Positions 42,174 through 54,825 of a stretch of DNA of 64,000 bases are shown one piece after another. Made by a program: the position numbers and the translations under genes. How positions within the stretch are numbered: position 1 is the first letter of the stretch; every line of letters begins with the position of its first letter. Below the pieces are notes generated by a model that saw only the letters and a list, made by a program, of their open reading frames with translations, made no database searches and had not been told where the DNA came from. The stretch covers positions 124,001 through 188,000 of the forward strand of contig NW_021835987.1 of NCBI RefSeq assembly GCF_006345805.1, written 5' to 3'. This stretch comes from Octopus sinensis (Eukaryota).

Positions 42174-42359
42174 ACAGATCGTTAGCCGCTACACTCATTT
42201 TCTTCTCTCTTTGTTTTTTCTGTGTCCCTTTCTGTAGAAGAGCGTAGTCTCGAAACGTAAAAGACTATTTTCTATTCCTGAGCGTTATACTAATACATCT
42301 GTTTGTTTTGTACGCCACCGGTCTTCGTCTTTTGTTTTTTCGTAAACTCTCCCTATATA

Positions 42360-42410
<51 letters not shown>

Positions 42411-42416
<6 letters not shown>

Positions 42417-43318
42417 TTAGCAATTAAGGACAACTACTTAATAAGGAAAACTTAACAAGAAATTGTCAGGTAGATAGCGTAAAAACCTCATAAGAGAAAA
42501 AATTTCGAAAATAATTATTTCTTATTGAACATATTAATTTATATATAGAGGGCATTATACATACATGCCAGACGGCATTATACATACATGCCAAACGCTA
42601 AGAGGGACAATCAGTCATTTCTACCAAAAATATTACTAATCCCACCGAATGCAATTTTTCAAAGTAAGACATTTAAAAATATAGACCTGTATCACAGTGA
42701 TTTCATACTTACGTAATCATCAGCAGGCCTGAATGTATTATAAATAAACAACGACCCTGCCCCGCTTGAGCCGATCAGCTAACTGATCAACATCAACGAA
42801 GCACATGGGTGAGTTTATATATATTACATCCGGGTGAATGGCAAACTTTTACGAATTGCATTTCGGGAGAGGAAAAGTTTTTTCGGAATAAAAATTTAGC
42901 AATTAAGGACAACTACTTAATAAGGAAAACTTAACAAGAAATTGTCAGGTAGATAGCGTAAAAACCTCATAAGAGAAAAAATTTCGAAAATAATTATTTC
43001 TTATTGAACATATTAATTTATATATAGAGGGCATTATACATACATGCCAGACGGCATTATACATACATGCCAAACGCTAAGAGGGACAATCAGTCATTTC
43101 TACCAAAAATATTACTAATCTCACCGAATGCAAATTTTCAAAGTAAGACATTTAAAAATATAGACTTGTATCACAGTGATTTCATACTTTAAATGTCTTA
43201 CTTTGAAAAATTGCATTCGGTGGGATTAGTAATATTTTTGGTAGAAATGACTGATTGTCCCTCTTAGCGTTTGGCATGTATGTATAATGCCGTCTGGCAT
43301 GTATGTATAATGCCCTCA

Positions 43319-43328
<10 letters not shown>
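42411..43328 (-). mobile_element. Non-autonomous Penelope-derived element (tandem + inverted pLTR-like units) in gene B intron 2
   Basis: ~479-bp unit at 42411-42889, partial direct copy at 42890-43189, inverted partial copy at 43190-43328; inserted in a (TA)n tract that is simple in gene A (~15000-15030); contains a hammerhead motif. Confidence 0.7.
42684..42729 (-). ncRNA. Type I hammerhead ribozyme motif
   Basis: Minus strand GGCCTG-CTGATGA-TTAC-gtaa-GTAT-GAAA-TCACtGTGA-TA-CAGGTC; the first stem II pair is U-U. Confidence 0.7.
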
Positions 43329-43411
<83 letters not shown>

Positions 43412-43999
43412 TATATGTTGCCTGCTTCTGTCATTGGACTACGGCCATGGGTTTAGTAGAACTAATACTCTTGTATATATTCTATCAATTTCTTTGGACG
43501 AACCGCTATGTTACGGGGGACATCAACACAAGGAAACCATTTGTCAAGTGGTAGGAGTGAAATACACACACACATACACAGACGTAAATACACATACAAT
43601 GTGCGTGTAATGGGGCTAAAAACGCATGGATTATTTGTGTATTAGGAGGTGTATTTTAGTAGCAGAAGTTTGTTATTGTTACCACATTGCGTCATGCAGC
43701 TTGGAATGGAACACTATGAGATCCTGTGTTTTCATAACATTACCAAAGGAAATTTCCAAGCGAAGGGTAATTAAATATATATTATTTGATACATTTATGG
43801 ATGGTAAGATACCTATTAGGTGAGTGACAAATAAAAATCGTTAATTTGCAGGTTATACAGATTCGATTTTCTCAAAGGAAGGATGTAATAAAAATGAGTG
43901 GAAATTAGACTAACAACTAAAGAAATATATTTTAAAGTATCTCGATCTCTTTAACTTGATCCAATTATTTTTCATTATGAGAGTGCTAACGTGTGGGGC

Positions 44000-44351
44000 A
44001 GGGGGCTGCGTGGTAAGTAGCTTGCTTACCAACCACATGGTTCCGGGTTCAGTCCCACTGCGTGGCATCTTGGACAAGTGTCTTCTGCTATAGCCCCGGG
44101 CCGACCAATTTCTTGTGAGTGGATTTGGTAGACGGAAACTGAAAGAAGCCTGTCGTATATATGTATATATATATGTGTGTGTGTGTTTGTGTGTCTGTGT
44201 TTGTCCACCTAGCATTGCTGGTGTGTTCGGCAAATGAGACCGATAGAATAAGTACTGGGCTTACAAAGAAATTAGTCCCGGGTCGAGTTGCTCGACTAAA
44301 GGCGGTGCACCAGCATGGCCGCAGTCTACTGACTGAAACAAGTAAAAGAGT

Positions 44352-44360
<9 letters not shown>
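44000..44360 (+). mobile_element. tRNA-derived SINE family 2 with internal (TA)n(TG)n (representative copy)
   Basis: gtggtaagtagcttgc...gggttcagtcccactgcgtgg...(TA)n...gaaacaagtaaaagag tail. Other copies at about 4625-4875, 6150-6470, 10845-13560 (interrupted), 14120-14410, 16620-17050, 24960-25215, 26680-27620, 40185-40625, 45375-45780, 57225-58200 and 59655-59920. Confidence 0.8.
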
Positions 44361-44393
<33 letters not shown>

Positions 44394-44464
44394 TGTGTGC
44401 GTGTATGTATGCATGTGCGTGTGTGTGCGTGTCTATGTGTGCTACATGTTCATTTGTTTTGCAG

Positions 44465-44628
44465 GTGAAACTAGTGATTAGCAAAAACAAAACCGATGTG
44501 GTAACTATGATATTTAATGGACGAAATACAACCATTGAAAGCTGGTTCTCTCGGAAAAACTTGAAAAGTTCACCATGGAACGACCTGGCTTCAGCCACCG
44601 GACTTGAATTCTCAATTAAGGGATTCGG
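44465..44628 (+). CDS. Gene B coding exon 3
   Basis: TTTTGCAG/GTATGT, 164 nt; VKLVISKNKTDVVTMIFNGRNTTIESWFSRKNLKSSPWNDLASATGLEFSIKGF. Confidence 0.88.
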
Positions 44629-44941
44629 GTATGTTTATATATTTTCTTTTCTTGTGACGTAGACATTGTCTTGTTATGTAGAGACTTATAGATTTAAAAT
44701 CACTTTTCGTTTGTCTCTCATATATTTCAACGCTAAACATTTAAACGCGAAACGTTCTGAAGACGAACAACGCCTTTTCAGGCTTTCAACATTATATCTT
44801 CATTTATTATCATATACAGAATTCAAATGCGAGCAAATATAGCTTCCGTCGCTAAAATTGAAATCTATCGAGCCTTCTGGATACTGCAGCACAGGTGATT
44901 TGTTGAGAACAATTTTTCTCTATCAGTCGAGATTAAATAAT

Positions 44942-45329
44942 GGATGGAAGCACTCCGTTGGTTACGACGACGAGGGTTCCGGTTGATCCGAATCAACGGA
45001 ACAGCCTGCTCGTGAAATTAACGTGTAAGTGGCTGAGCACTCCACAGACGCGTGTACCCTTAACGTAGTTCTCGGGGATATTGAGCGTGACGCAGAGAGT
45101 GACAAGGCCGGCCCTTTGAAATACAGGTACAACAGAAACAGGAAGTAAGAGTGTGAGAAGGTTGTGGTGAAAGAGTACAGCAGGGATCACCACCATCCCC
45201 TGCCGGAGCCTCGTGGAGCTTTTAGTGTTTTCGCTCAATAAACACTCACAACGCCCGGTCTGGGAATCGAAACCGCAATCCTATGACCGCGAGTCCGCTG
45301 CCCTAACCACTGGGCAATTGCGCCTCCAA
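44942..45329 (-). mobile_element. tRNA-derived SINE family 3, gene B-specific insertion
   Basis: 14-bp TSD CGAGATTAAATAAT at 44928-44941 and 45330-45343; empty site in gene A at ~13612; head GGAGGCGCAATTGCCCAGTGGTTAGG...TTCGATTCC. Confidence 0.85.
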
Positions 45330-45602
45330 CGAGATTAAATAATACTTGGCATGTGGATGCCAAAAGCTATTTTACTCTTTACTCTTTACTCTTTTGCTTG
45401 TTTCAGTCACTTGACTGCGGCCATGCTGGAGCACTACCTTTAATCGAGCAACTCGACCCCGGGACTTAATCTTTTGTAAGCCCAGTACTTATTCTATCGG
45501 TCTCTTTTGCCGAACCGCTAAGTAACGGGGACATAAACACACCAGCATCGGTTGTCAAGCAATGCTAGCGGGACAAACACAGACACACAAACACACACAC
45601 GC

Positions 45603-45633
<31 letters not shown>

Positions 45634-46737
45634 CATATATACGACAGGCTTCTCTCAGTTTCCGTCTACCAAATCCACTTTCAAGGTTTTGGTCGGCCCG
45701 AGGCTATAGTAGAAAACACTTGCCATAGGTGCCATGTGGTTGGTACACAAGCTACTTACCACACAGCCACTCCTGCGCCGATGCTTTTCAAAAGAGACAG
45801 AAATACTGATTTAGCAACCCCGCTGCCGCTGCTAGAGACTCTTTATCTCTTACTAATACATTTCTGTATTTTCAACACCACACGTCTAAATGATATGCTT
45901 TCTCTTCACCAATTGTGTAGTTTCTTGGCTTTCGCGTCAAAAGGCATGTTTTAAAGTGCGAAACACGAAAATATACATTCACCTTAAAATGAATACTATT
46001 ATTAAATTTATTTGTCTCTGTTCCTTTTAAGTATTATTACATTCCATTATATTTATTTCACTTGGCGCTTTGCTAAGATGTTCAACACGGGAAAATATTA
46101 TCGTTTATATGTTCGAGCGTTTTGTAGATTTTTTGCTAAATTGTATGCCTCGTGTGTACTTTTGCCTTTCCTTACATTTTCACTTTTGCACAAATCTGCG
46201 CGCGCGTGTGTGTGTATGTATGTGTGTGCATATGTGTCTGCCTGTGAGTGTGCGTTTGCGTATGTCTGTATTTCTGTATATATGTCGTTTATATGTATGT
46301 GAGTGCTTACGAACTCATATTTGGTGTAAGATCGATCTCATTTGAAATGAAATCTATAGACGGGCCTGTGGGCTGCCACTGCACATTCTAACATATACGT
46401 AGCATACATAACGTATATACAATCTCGACAGGCCAGTTACTGCAATATTTGTGTCCTGAAATAACATCTTTTGCTCTCACTGGCCGCTGCTGGAAGGAAT
46501 TTCGGTGTCTATCCGATAGACAGCAAATCCATAATACATGCTATTTCAGGAAAAATACTTCAGTAAATAGTCTATCGCGAGTGTGTTTATACATTAAGTA
46601 TGATACCCAGATGGCTATTTTAATTAAATTCTGATTGATCTAACTGCATATAGCAGACATAATGGTATGTTTTCTAGAAGTTTAGATTTTCATATTCTGA
46701 AACACAAACAAGTTTTTTTCTTTTTCTATCTCCGTAG

Positions 46738-46898
46738 TCTTACACGTCGCTTCTATATAACAATACCTGGTAATTGTAACGGGGACAGTGGCTGGTTGGC
46801 CATCATTGAGGCGACAGGTGGCTGTCAGTGGGAAAAGTCAGATCACTACCCTTTAATTCGTTATTCTGATACAAAATCGAAAGTCATATGGAACAACG
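46738..46898 (+). CDS. Gene B coding exon 4
   Basis: CCGTAG/GTAAGT, 161 nt; (G)LTRRFYITIPGNCNGDSGWLAIIEATGGCQWEKSDHYPLIRYSDTKSKVIWNN. Confidence 0.88.
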
Positions 46899-47160
46899 GT
46901 AAGTGATATTGTATCTTCTGTGTGTGCGTTTGTCTTACTGTGAGTAGTAGTACTAAATGTTAATTTTGTACTTATTGTTTAGCGGCCAATCTGCCTTGAT
47001 TCAACTGATTTATATTCAAAGGCGTTCCAACAATGACCGACCCACAAAACGATGCAGAGATTCGGCTGCCATTTCTAGTAATTCGAGTGATCACGTATAA
47101 AGTACTCCCACGATATATTTCAATACCTTTGGTTGTTAATGTTGTTGTTGTTACTTGCAG

Positions 47161-47216
47161 GTTATGGATTAGCAGACTCCATGGCCATATTCATCCGCCT
47201 GAGGCAGCAGAACTAA
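47161..47216 (+). CDS. Gene B coding exon 5 (terminal)
   Basis: TTGCAG acceptor; (G)YGLADSMAIFIRLRQQN-TAA. Spliced CDS 858 nt = 285 aa, intact. Confidence 0.85.
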
Positions 47217-47315
47217 CCCAGCACATGATACCCATTGATACTATTGATGTTGTTAACGTTCATCTAATCCAGCTGACCACCACTGGTGAGCCGCATAAGT
47301 CAAGTAATACCTATT

Positions 47316-47321
47316 AATAAA
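47316..47321 (+). promoter_or_regulatory. Candidate polyadenylation signal of gene B
   Basis: AATAAA 100 nt after the stop codon; conserved in gene A. Confidence 0.55.
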
Positions 47322-47464
47322 GAATCCATACAAATATTCTATCCAGCATCGGTCTTTTGAGTTGTGATTTTCATTATCTTTTCTACAGACAGAGAGAGAA
47401 AGAAAGAGAGAAAGAGCGACAGAGAGATACAGAGTTGTTGTTATTCCAGCTTACGAGTGTCCAG

Positions 47465-47508
<44 letters not shown>

Positions 47509-48182
47509 AGTTGTGTGTATGTGTGCGTGTGTGTAGATATTTGAGGACTTGTCTCTGTATTGTGCGAAAACTGCCAGCAAATGAAGATTATCTGAACTAT
47601 CTATACTACAATGGAGAAAACTTCTTATTAATTAGGCATGTGACGATAATTAAAGTACTAAAAAAACGCAATTATTAAAGGGCTAACTGTCTGGAAATAT
47701 TTTTAAAGAAATTTCCCATAACTTCCATTTCTCAAGTTTCTTGGAGTATTTTTCAACTCTCATTTCTCGCAAATTTAAATATTCATTGCATTCACTGTGT
47801 CCAGTTAATCACAAATTAAAATATTCTTTGCATTCCCTGCGTCCAATTAATCACAAATTTAAGTATTCTTTGCATTGACTGAAGAGTATTCTATTCTCAT
47901 TTGCAATGCCTCTCACTTACTATTTTAAATTTTTATTTGCTATTTGGAAAACCGACAGTTTATTCTATTAATATAATGCGTAATTTATTATTTATTGAAT
48001 GGAAATTTTTAAAATACCCGTATAATTTTTGAATGTGGGATAGCTCTGAGAAGAACCTCGAAATTTGGCTTATTACTCTTAGAAGACAAGAAGAAAACAT
48101 TTCCGACAAATACTCGAAACCTGCACCTTATTCACGGTTTCCCAATACTCTGTTCCACTAAACCAATATTTACACAAGTTGG

Positions 48183-48410
48183 CGGCGAGCTGGCAGAACC
48201 GTTAACAGGGCGGGCGAAATGCGTAGCCATATTTCGTCTGCCGCTACGTTCTGAGTTCAAATTCCGCCGAGGTATATTTTGCCTTTCATCCTTTCGGGGT
48301 GGATTAAATAAGTACCAGTTACGCACTGGGGTCGATATAATGGACTCAGTCCGTTTGTCTGTCCTTGTATGTCTCCTCTATGTTTAGCCCCTTGTGGGTA
48401 GTAAAGAAAC
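48183..48410 (+). mobile_element. SINE family 1 (other copies 7225-8205 interrupted, 48665-48722 partial, 56065-56295, 56300-56480, 63720-63895)
   Basis: Same head and central motif. Confidence 0.75.
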
Positions 48411-48510
48411 AAATATTTACACAAGTTGCACGAGCGACTTCAAAAGTGACACCTTCGCGCGCACACATAGATACACATACACACAATTGAAAGGCAATGA
48501 ATATGTGTGT

Positions 48511-48555
<45 letters not shown>

Positions 48556-48722
48556 CTGTTCACTGACAAGACTTCGTGCTGCATCGACACAAATGAAATT
48601 TCAATGTTGAAGTGAAACTGCTACTTCTTAAATAGAGAGGCCCCTTAACGGGTAGAACTTAAATACTCGTCTGCCGTTACGTTCTGAGTTCAAATTCCGT
48701 TGAGGTCGACTTTGCCTTTCAT

Positions 48723-50515
48723 CCTATGATATCATATTTTCTCTCACAATTCCTACGACCATTAATAAGCTATCTGCGGATGTATGTGACAGTACTGAGG
48801 ACCTCCTTAGCAGGATCCGCGAATGCAACAACACGTGTGACCTCAAGAACCACATCGTGGGTAGCATGGATTTGGTATCACTATACCCCTCCATCGATGT
48901 AGACTTTGCTGTCGATAAATGTATAGAAATAGTTAGTGAGAGTGGTATGATATTTAAGAATGTGGATGTATATGAACTACGGCTCTTCCTGGCCCTGACG
49001 TGTACCAATGAATACCTGTCGCGCAATAACCTTCTATATGTTTGTCCCACCCGTAACAAACGCGGTAGACCACCTACCATTACCTCAGCATACAGGTAAA
49101 CTCACTGTGAGCCCTGGCAGGGATGGACAAAGCCGGACTACCCACCTTTAAGTGCACACGACATTAGAACCACCATCGCACATGCTATCGGTGTCAGCCT
49201 GAGAATTACGCTAAAAACACATATTTTTAAGTTTGACAACAAACTGTATAGGCAGACGAAAGGCGGTGCTATTGGAGTGGGGATCGCCGGTGACGTTGCA
49301 AACCTCTTCATGGTATGGTGGGGCAAACATTTTAAACAGTGCCTAGCAAACCGTAACATCCACTTGGCTATGTACTCTCGTTACGTCGACGACATTAACC
49401 TTGTTGTGAAATATAATACAGACACAGTTATGGGCCCTCTACCAAGTGAAGAACAGGTGATGACATCTATACAACACATAGCTGACTCTATCCACAGCAG
49501 TATAAAATTTACCATAGACTACCCCTCTAAACACCCCAGTAAACGATTACCCGTCCTAGATACTGAGCTATGGATGGAAGATGCTATGGTTAATGGAACC
49601 ATTAAACCCTGTATACTCCACTCACACTATCAGAAACCGATGACTAATCCACTAGTAATCCGTAGTGACTCAGCTATGTCGGATACTGCCAAACTCAACA
49701 TCCTAGTGGCAGACTTAATTAGAGTAATGAGGAATGTATCACCACTATGCCAACCACAAGAACGACAACAACACATCCAGCACTACATATTCCAAATGCA
49801 ACGCTCCGGATACACACAAGACGATAGAGTCAGAGTGTACAAAAGAGCGAAAGCTAGATTCGAACGCATTCTAAGGAACGACGAAAACGATATATGCCCC
49901 CTATACCGCAACAAGTTCTGGAATAGGTTAGAGAGGGACACCAACAAAAGGAGGAGAAACGTTACTTGGTACGATAACAGGAGATTTCACGGAGTAATGT
50001 TCGTTGACGCTACACCTAAGAACGAGCTAAGTAAGGCATTCAAGAAAATCCTGCGCACTACTGGCCTAAAAATTAAAGTTGTAGAAAAGACAGGTAGGAC
50101 TATCAAATCGGCATTATGCAGATCATATCCATTTGATAGAATCACCTGTCAAAGTAATTGTGCAGTATGTTCGACAAATCCACATGTAAACTGCAAAAAC
50201 AAAGGGCACTGTATACCAGATTAAGTGCCAGGAGGGAGAGCTTGCGCGACTAACCCAGAGTCATACATAGGTGAGACTTCTAGAAGCATCAATGATAGGT
50301 TCAAAGAACACCTGGACAACTACATTGAAAGGAAGCCAAACTCCATCTTCTACCAACATGCTGTAGACTGCCACAAAGGATCCTTAGGGAAACTTAAGTT
50401 CAACATCCTATCAACACATCCCACCGATGCAATGTTGAGACAGGTCACAGAAGCTGTTTGTATACAAGAATACAAACCTACTCTCAACCGAAAATCCGAA
50501 TGGAGTAACATCTAG
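48723..50515 (+). mobile_element. Penelope-like element PLE2 (RT + GIY-YIG), 5'-truncated and disrupted
   Basis: SMDLVSLYPSID, FKFDNKLYRQTKGGAIG, YSRYVDDIN, VLDTEL, YIGETSRSINDRFKEH...EAVCIQEYKPTLN; stops and frameshifts near 49097 and 50222. Confidence 0.9.
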
Positions 50516-51426
50516 ATCCCATTCAGAAGGACTATTCTATAACCACCCCCCTCTCTCTCTCTCTCTCTCACTCTCTCTCTCTCTCTCGTTTACTTGTAGT
50601 CCTTACATACAGGTTGCAATGCGTATGTGCAGTTATATATAACCGTATGAGCGTACGTTGTTTGATACGTACAGTTGCACTTAGGCGTTGTATCCATTCA
50701 CAGATAGACGGTGATGAGAGGAACAAACACACACCCACACATATATATATATATGTGTGCGTCTATACAAACATATATGTGAATATGTATACAACCTTCA
50801 GCAAATAACAGTCATGTACACAACTTGGACGGACACATGCCAGTACACGGGCATACGTTCACATACACATACACATGTACACACTCTCACAGACACGTCT
50901 GCCCATTCTCCTAGACACTCACATACATACGTAGCACATGAGTACAAACAAACATACATACCTACGTATGGGCATACACACGTACATACGCACGAACATG
51001 TACGCACACACATACATGGGCACATGCATACGTGCGCGTATACATACATACGCACATGCGTACGTATGTACATACACACATACATACATACATACATACA
51101 TACATACATACATACATACATACACACAATAGTAAAACAAAAGTTCTGTGATATAGAGATAAATATCTGATAATAGGTTTTAGGGTATAGTTTTGGGAGT
51201 GAGGGTCGTAAATCACTTCCTGGTTTCGGCGGGGGAAGTTGAAATTTGATAGCTTTGTGATGAGTGGTCACTCTACATCTATTCATCACTACAGGTTTAT
51301 AGCTTTATGTTTATAGTGTGTATGTGCGTGCATATACACACACATACATACATACATACATACATACATACATACATACATACATACATACATACATACA
51401 TACACAGGCGTATGTACGTACATGCA

Positions 51427-51457
<31 letters not shown>

Positions 51458-51687
51458 GTGTATGCATACATACACACATACATACGTACATATGTGTGAC
51501 GAACTAACTGTTACTTTCTCAGATGCAGCTCGGATTTTTGTCAGTGAACAAGTCGCGGTTTTAGCGATAACTTCTTTATTAGGAATATGTAAGTTCCCCT
51601 TATCTATGAGTGTAATTTTTTGGTGGTATCCTGCCTTAGTTAACGCTGTATTATAATGCTCAGAATGGGAGTTAAATATATCCTTAT

Positions 51688-52572
51688 TTGAAGATAATTT
51701 TGAAATTCTTAATGAAATATTTCTGGTTAAAGAAAAACACGGATGGAATCAGTAACCACAAAACGACTAATAATAATATTAGCAGTAATAAGAGTAGTAA
51801 TAATACCGATACTAATAGAAGTAAAAATGTTAATAATAGAAGTAAGGCTAATAGAGAAAACGCGGAGAAGGAAAATATCAGTGATATCTATAGCAGCAAT
51901 ATACAGTTTGATAATAATACTAACAATAATAGTAACATTACTAATAATGTAAATAATCATGGTAGGACTTTAGACCTAAAAGATGGAGCAATAGGATCAA
52001 TAAATAATAACAATGCTTTAGATAACAGCACCAACTATAAAAATAATAATAATAATAAGGATAATTATACTCATGATAATCATAATAATAAGAACATAAG
52101 ACATCTACCCATGAATAATCCAACTTCTGAAGTTGTTCCTCCTGCGTGTAAGTGTAGAATTAAGTCGAGATGCCCGGCACCCGGTCTTTGCGGGGAAAGT
52201 AACGTAATCTATAAATGTACCACATCTACTGAGAATAACAAATTTTTTTACATTGTGCGCACAATAAATTTTAATAAAAGGGTTAGAAATCACATCTCAT
52301 CTTTTGGATTACGTCATAAAGCTGGTACCACCACACTTTCAAGTAAAATCTGGGAACTCAAAAATAATAACAAGAATTATAATCTTAATTGGGAAATAGT
52401 TAGGAGAGCAATACAGTATAAAAATAGCAGGGTTGGTTGCCAACTCTGCTCAATGGAGACCTATGAAATTCTAAGGCATAGAAAAAATAGAAACTTGTTA
52501 AATAACCATATTGAAGTAGGACAGGTTTGTGTCCACGCTAAATTGAAGACCCTAACATATTTAAGTGAATAA
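51688..52572 (+). mobile_element. Penelope-like fragment PLE3: Asn-rich linker + GIY-YIG-type domain
   Basis: CKCRIKSRCP...VIYKC...FYIVRT..FNKRVRNH...LSSKIWELK...LNWEI...CQLCSMET..I...LLN..E...CVH; YIG is degenerate (YIV). A PLE-like fragment (YNTALTKAGY) lies on the minus strand at ~51500-51660. Confidence 0.75.
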
Positions 52573-54068
52573 CTGTATAGAATAATCGTAACAAGATAGG
52601 TAGATAAATATAACCGGGTCTTTAATAGTATAACATTATTTTTTTAAGTAGATATCTGCGATTTCTCACACTATACTTATCTTTTTCTTTGTAACTACAC
52701 CTGATTTTAAACATTGGGAAATTAAAATAGTATTCGTACATTGCTTAATTGAAAGTTTATCTAATTCTTAATTCTTAAATCTTAATTTTTAGTGTTTATT
52801 TAATTCTTAAATCTTAATTTTAAATTTTTAATTTTGGAACTTAATCTAGTTTAGGTAACACTACTTTAATAAATTAAGTTACTAAAGCTTAACAATTCTA
52901 TTACAGAATTAATTAAGTGAAGAAACTCCCTTGAAAGTAGTATGATAAACTTCAATAAAATAGACAATTCCATCACACCTTGTATTGATAGTAACGGCTA
53001 CAATTTTTAAGACAGTAACATGAATAAATAAATAAATAAATAATTTAAATGACCTCTGGTTAAGGGTTGCACTTAGATCCTTTCTCTTATTGTATTTCCT
53101 TTTAACGATAGCTATTGACCCCTCTACCCCTGACCTTGTTTATCTCTTTAAATTCCCTTTAGATTCATATCTGCTTTCATCCGTGTCAGGTTGATAGTAA
53201 ATAGCTGTGTACTGGTCAATTAAATAATTTTTTTTCCTCATAGTCCCTGAATTCTTAAAGATTCTTAAAGATTCAAGCTAACTAAGTTATCTACAAATTT
53301 CTTCTGTATTTGGTCACTTTAAAAACCCCCTCCCGCTAAGTTGTCGCAGTATACTCTATATAGGCGCCTTTTCTTTTCTCCCCATTCCACTTTTTCTTTT
53401 TTTCTTTTCCTTTTTCTTCTTTTTCTTTTTTCTTTTTCTTTTTCTCTTTCTTTTTCTTTTCTATCCTTCTCCCCCGTGTCTCTTTCTTTTTTCTTTTTCT
53501 TTTTCTTTTTCTTTTTCCTTTCCTTATTTCTTCTTCTCCTCCTTTTTCTTTTTCTTTTTTCCTTGTCTCTTTCCTTTTTCTTTTATCTTATTTTATTTTC
53601 TTTGCCCCACAAATAAATTCCTTCAGCCTTTAGAAATCTCAACATAGCAGTTTTGCACGGAGAGCAATAACATGACAAATTACCTTATCATATAGCATGA
53701 AATGATTGTGGATTAATAATGGTTAAATATATCGTCTGTGAGTATGAAATTCCTCATCTTACCACTGGAAATGTAAATCTTCACTATGGATTAATTCACC
53801 TTTTCTGTGAAGCTAATAAGTCTTTAAAAACCTGTGATAAGTCTGTGCATCATCCTCCTCATATCTCTGGAAATTTAAATCTACACTATGGATTGATTCA
53901 TCTTCTCTTCGAAACTAATAAGTTTTTAAAAATCTGTGATAAGACTGTGCATCATCATTAAGGAACTTTGGAAAACTGTTTACAACCTATATCTGCCTCT
54001 AATGGAACTATCTCCAATATTTCATGAGTATAACCTCACCCACTAAGATGTCTAGAGAACTCAAATGT

Positions 54069-54161
54069 ATTTTAGCTGATGAGTACGGGACACTTTTATC
54101 TGCTGCAATTTTTGCAACTTGTAATAAAGCCTGTCTTTGTATGAAACAATTGTACTAAAAT
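54069..54161 (+). ncRNA. Type I hammerhead ribozyme motif
   Basis: Stem I ATTTTAG/CTAAAAT, core CTGATGA, extended stem II, GAAA, stem III CAATTG (palindromic), cleavage triplet GUA at 54152-54154. Confidence 0.8.
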
Positions 54162-54479
54162 CCAATCCATTCTTGTTGCTTATTTCTCGTTTATAATCAC
54201 CCCACGTTACTGTATGGATAACACCATATAGTTTTTCTGGTGCATCTAAGTTAAGTACCACATTCAAGTAAATTCATTGAAAGTTACTTGAATCTTAATT
54301 GCTTTGTTAATATATATATGTATATATATATATATATATTTAGTAAAGGGAGATTTTATCATTATATGTTTTTGTGAGATTTGGTTTATCATAGTAGGTT
54401 TGTTAAGGAATTCGTAGTAATTTGCGTCTATTTGCGATGTCTGTTGTTTTATTGCATTGTTTCATTCATAATTTTTAAG

Positions 54480-54825
54480 TAGTGTTCGTTTTACCAAGTG
54501 AATATAATTTTTAATTCCATTTATTCCATTTCTCCGTTCATAGTTTTGAGTGATGTCCGTTTTCTAGAACGTGAATGTGGGTTGTATGTGTGTGTGTGTG
54601 GGAGTATGAATAAGTATTGTGTTGAAGTATTTAGCTATTTTATTTATTTATTTAGTGTTCGTTTTACCAAGTGAATATAATTTTTAATTCCATTTATTCC
54701 ATTTCTCCGTTCATAGTTTTGAGTGATGTCCGTTTTCTAGAACGTGAATGTGGGTTGTATGTGTGTGTGTGTGGGAGTATGAATAAGTATTGTGTTGAAG
54801 TATTTAGCTATTTTATTTATTTATA
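54480..54825 (+). repeat. Apparently exact 173-bp tandem duplication
   Basis: tagtgttcgttttaccaagtg...ttttatttattta occurs twice (54480, 54653). Confidence 0.85.

Noticed and set aside
46449-46634. Cys-containing ORF (CPEITSFALTGRCW...) in intron 3 of both genes
   Set aside because: No splice sites, and it is not needed for the in-frame exon 3-4 join; it is tandemly duplicated with indels in gene A.
53719-53961. 80-aa ORF with an internal repeat (GN.NLHYGLIHL)
   Set aside because: It arises from a ~100-bp tandem duplication in TE-derived sequence; no homology or splice evidence.
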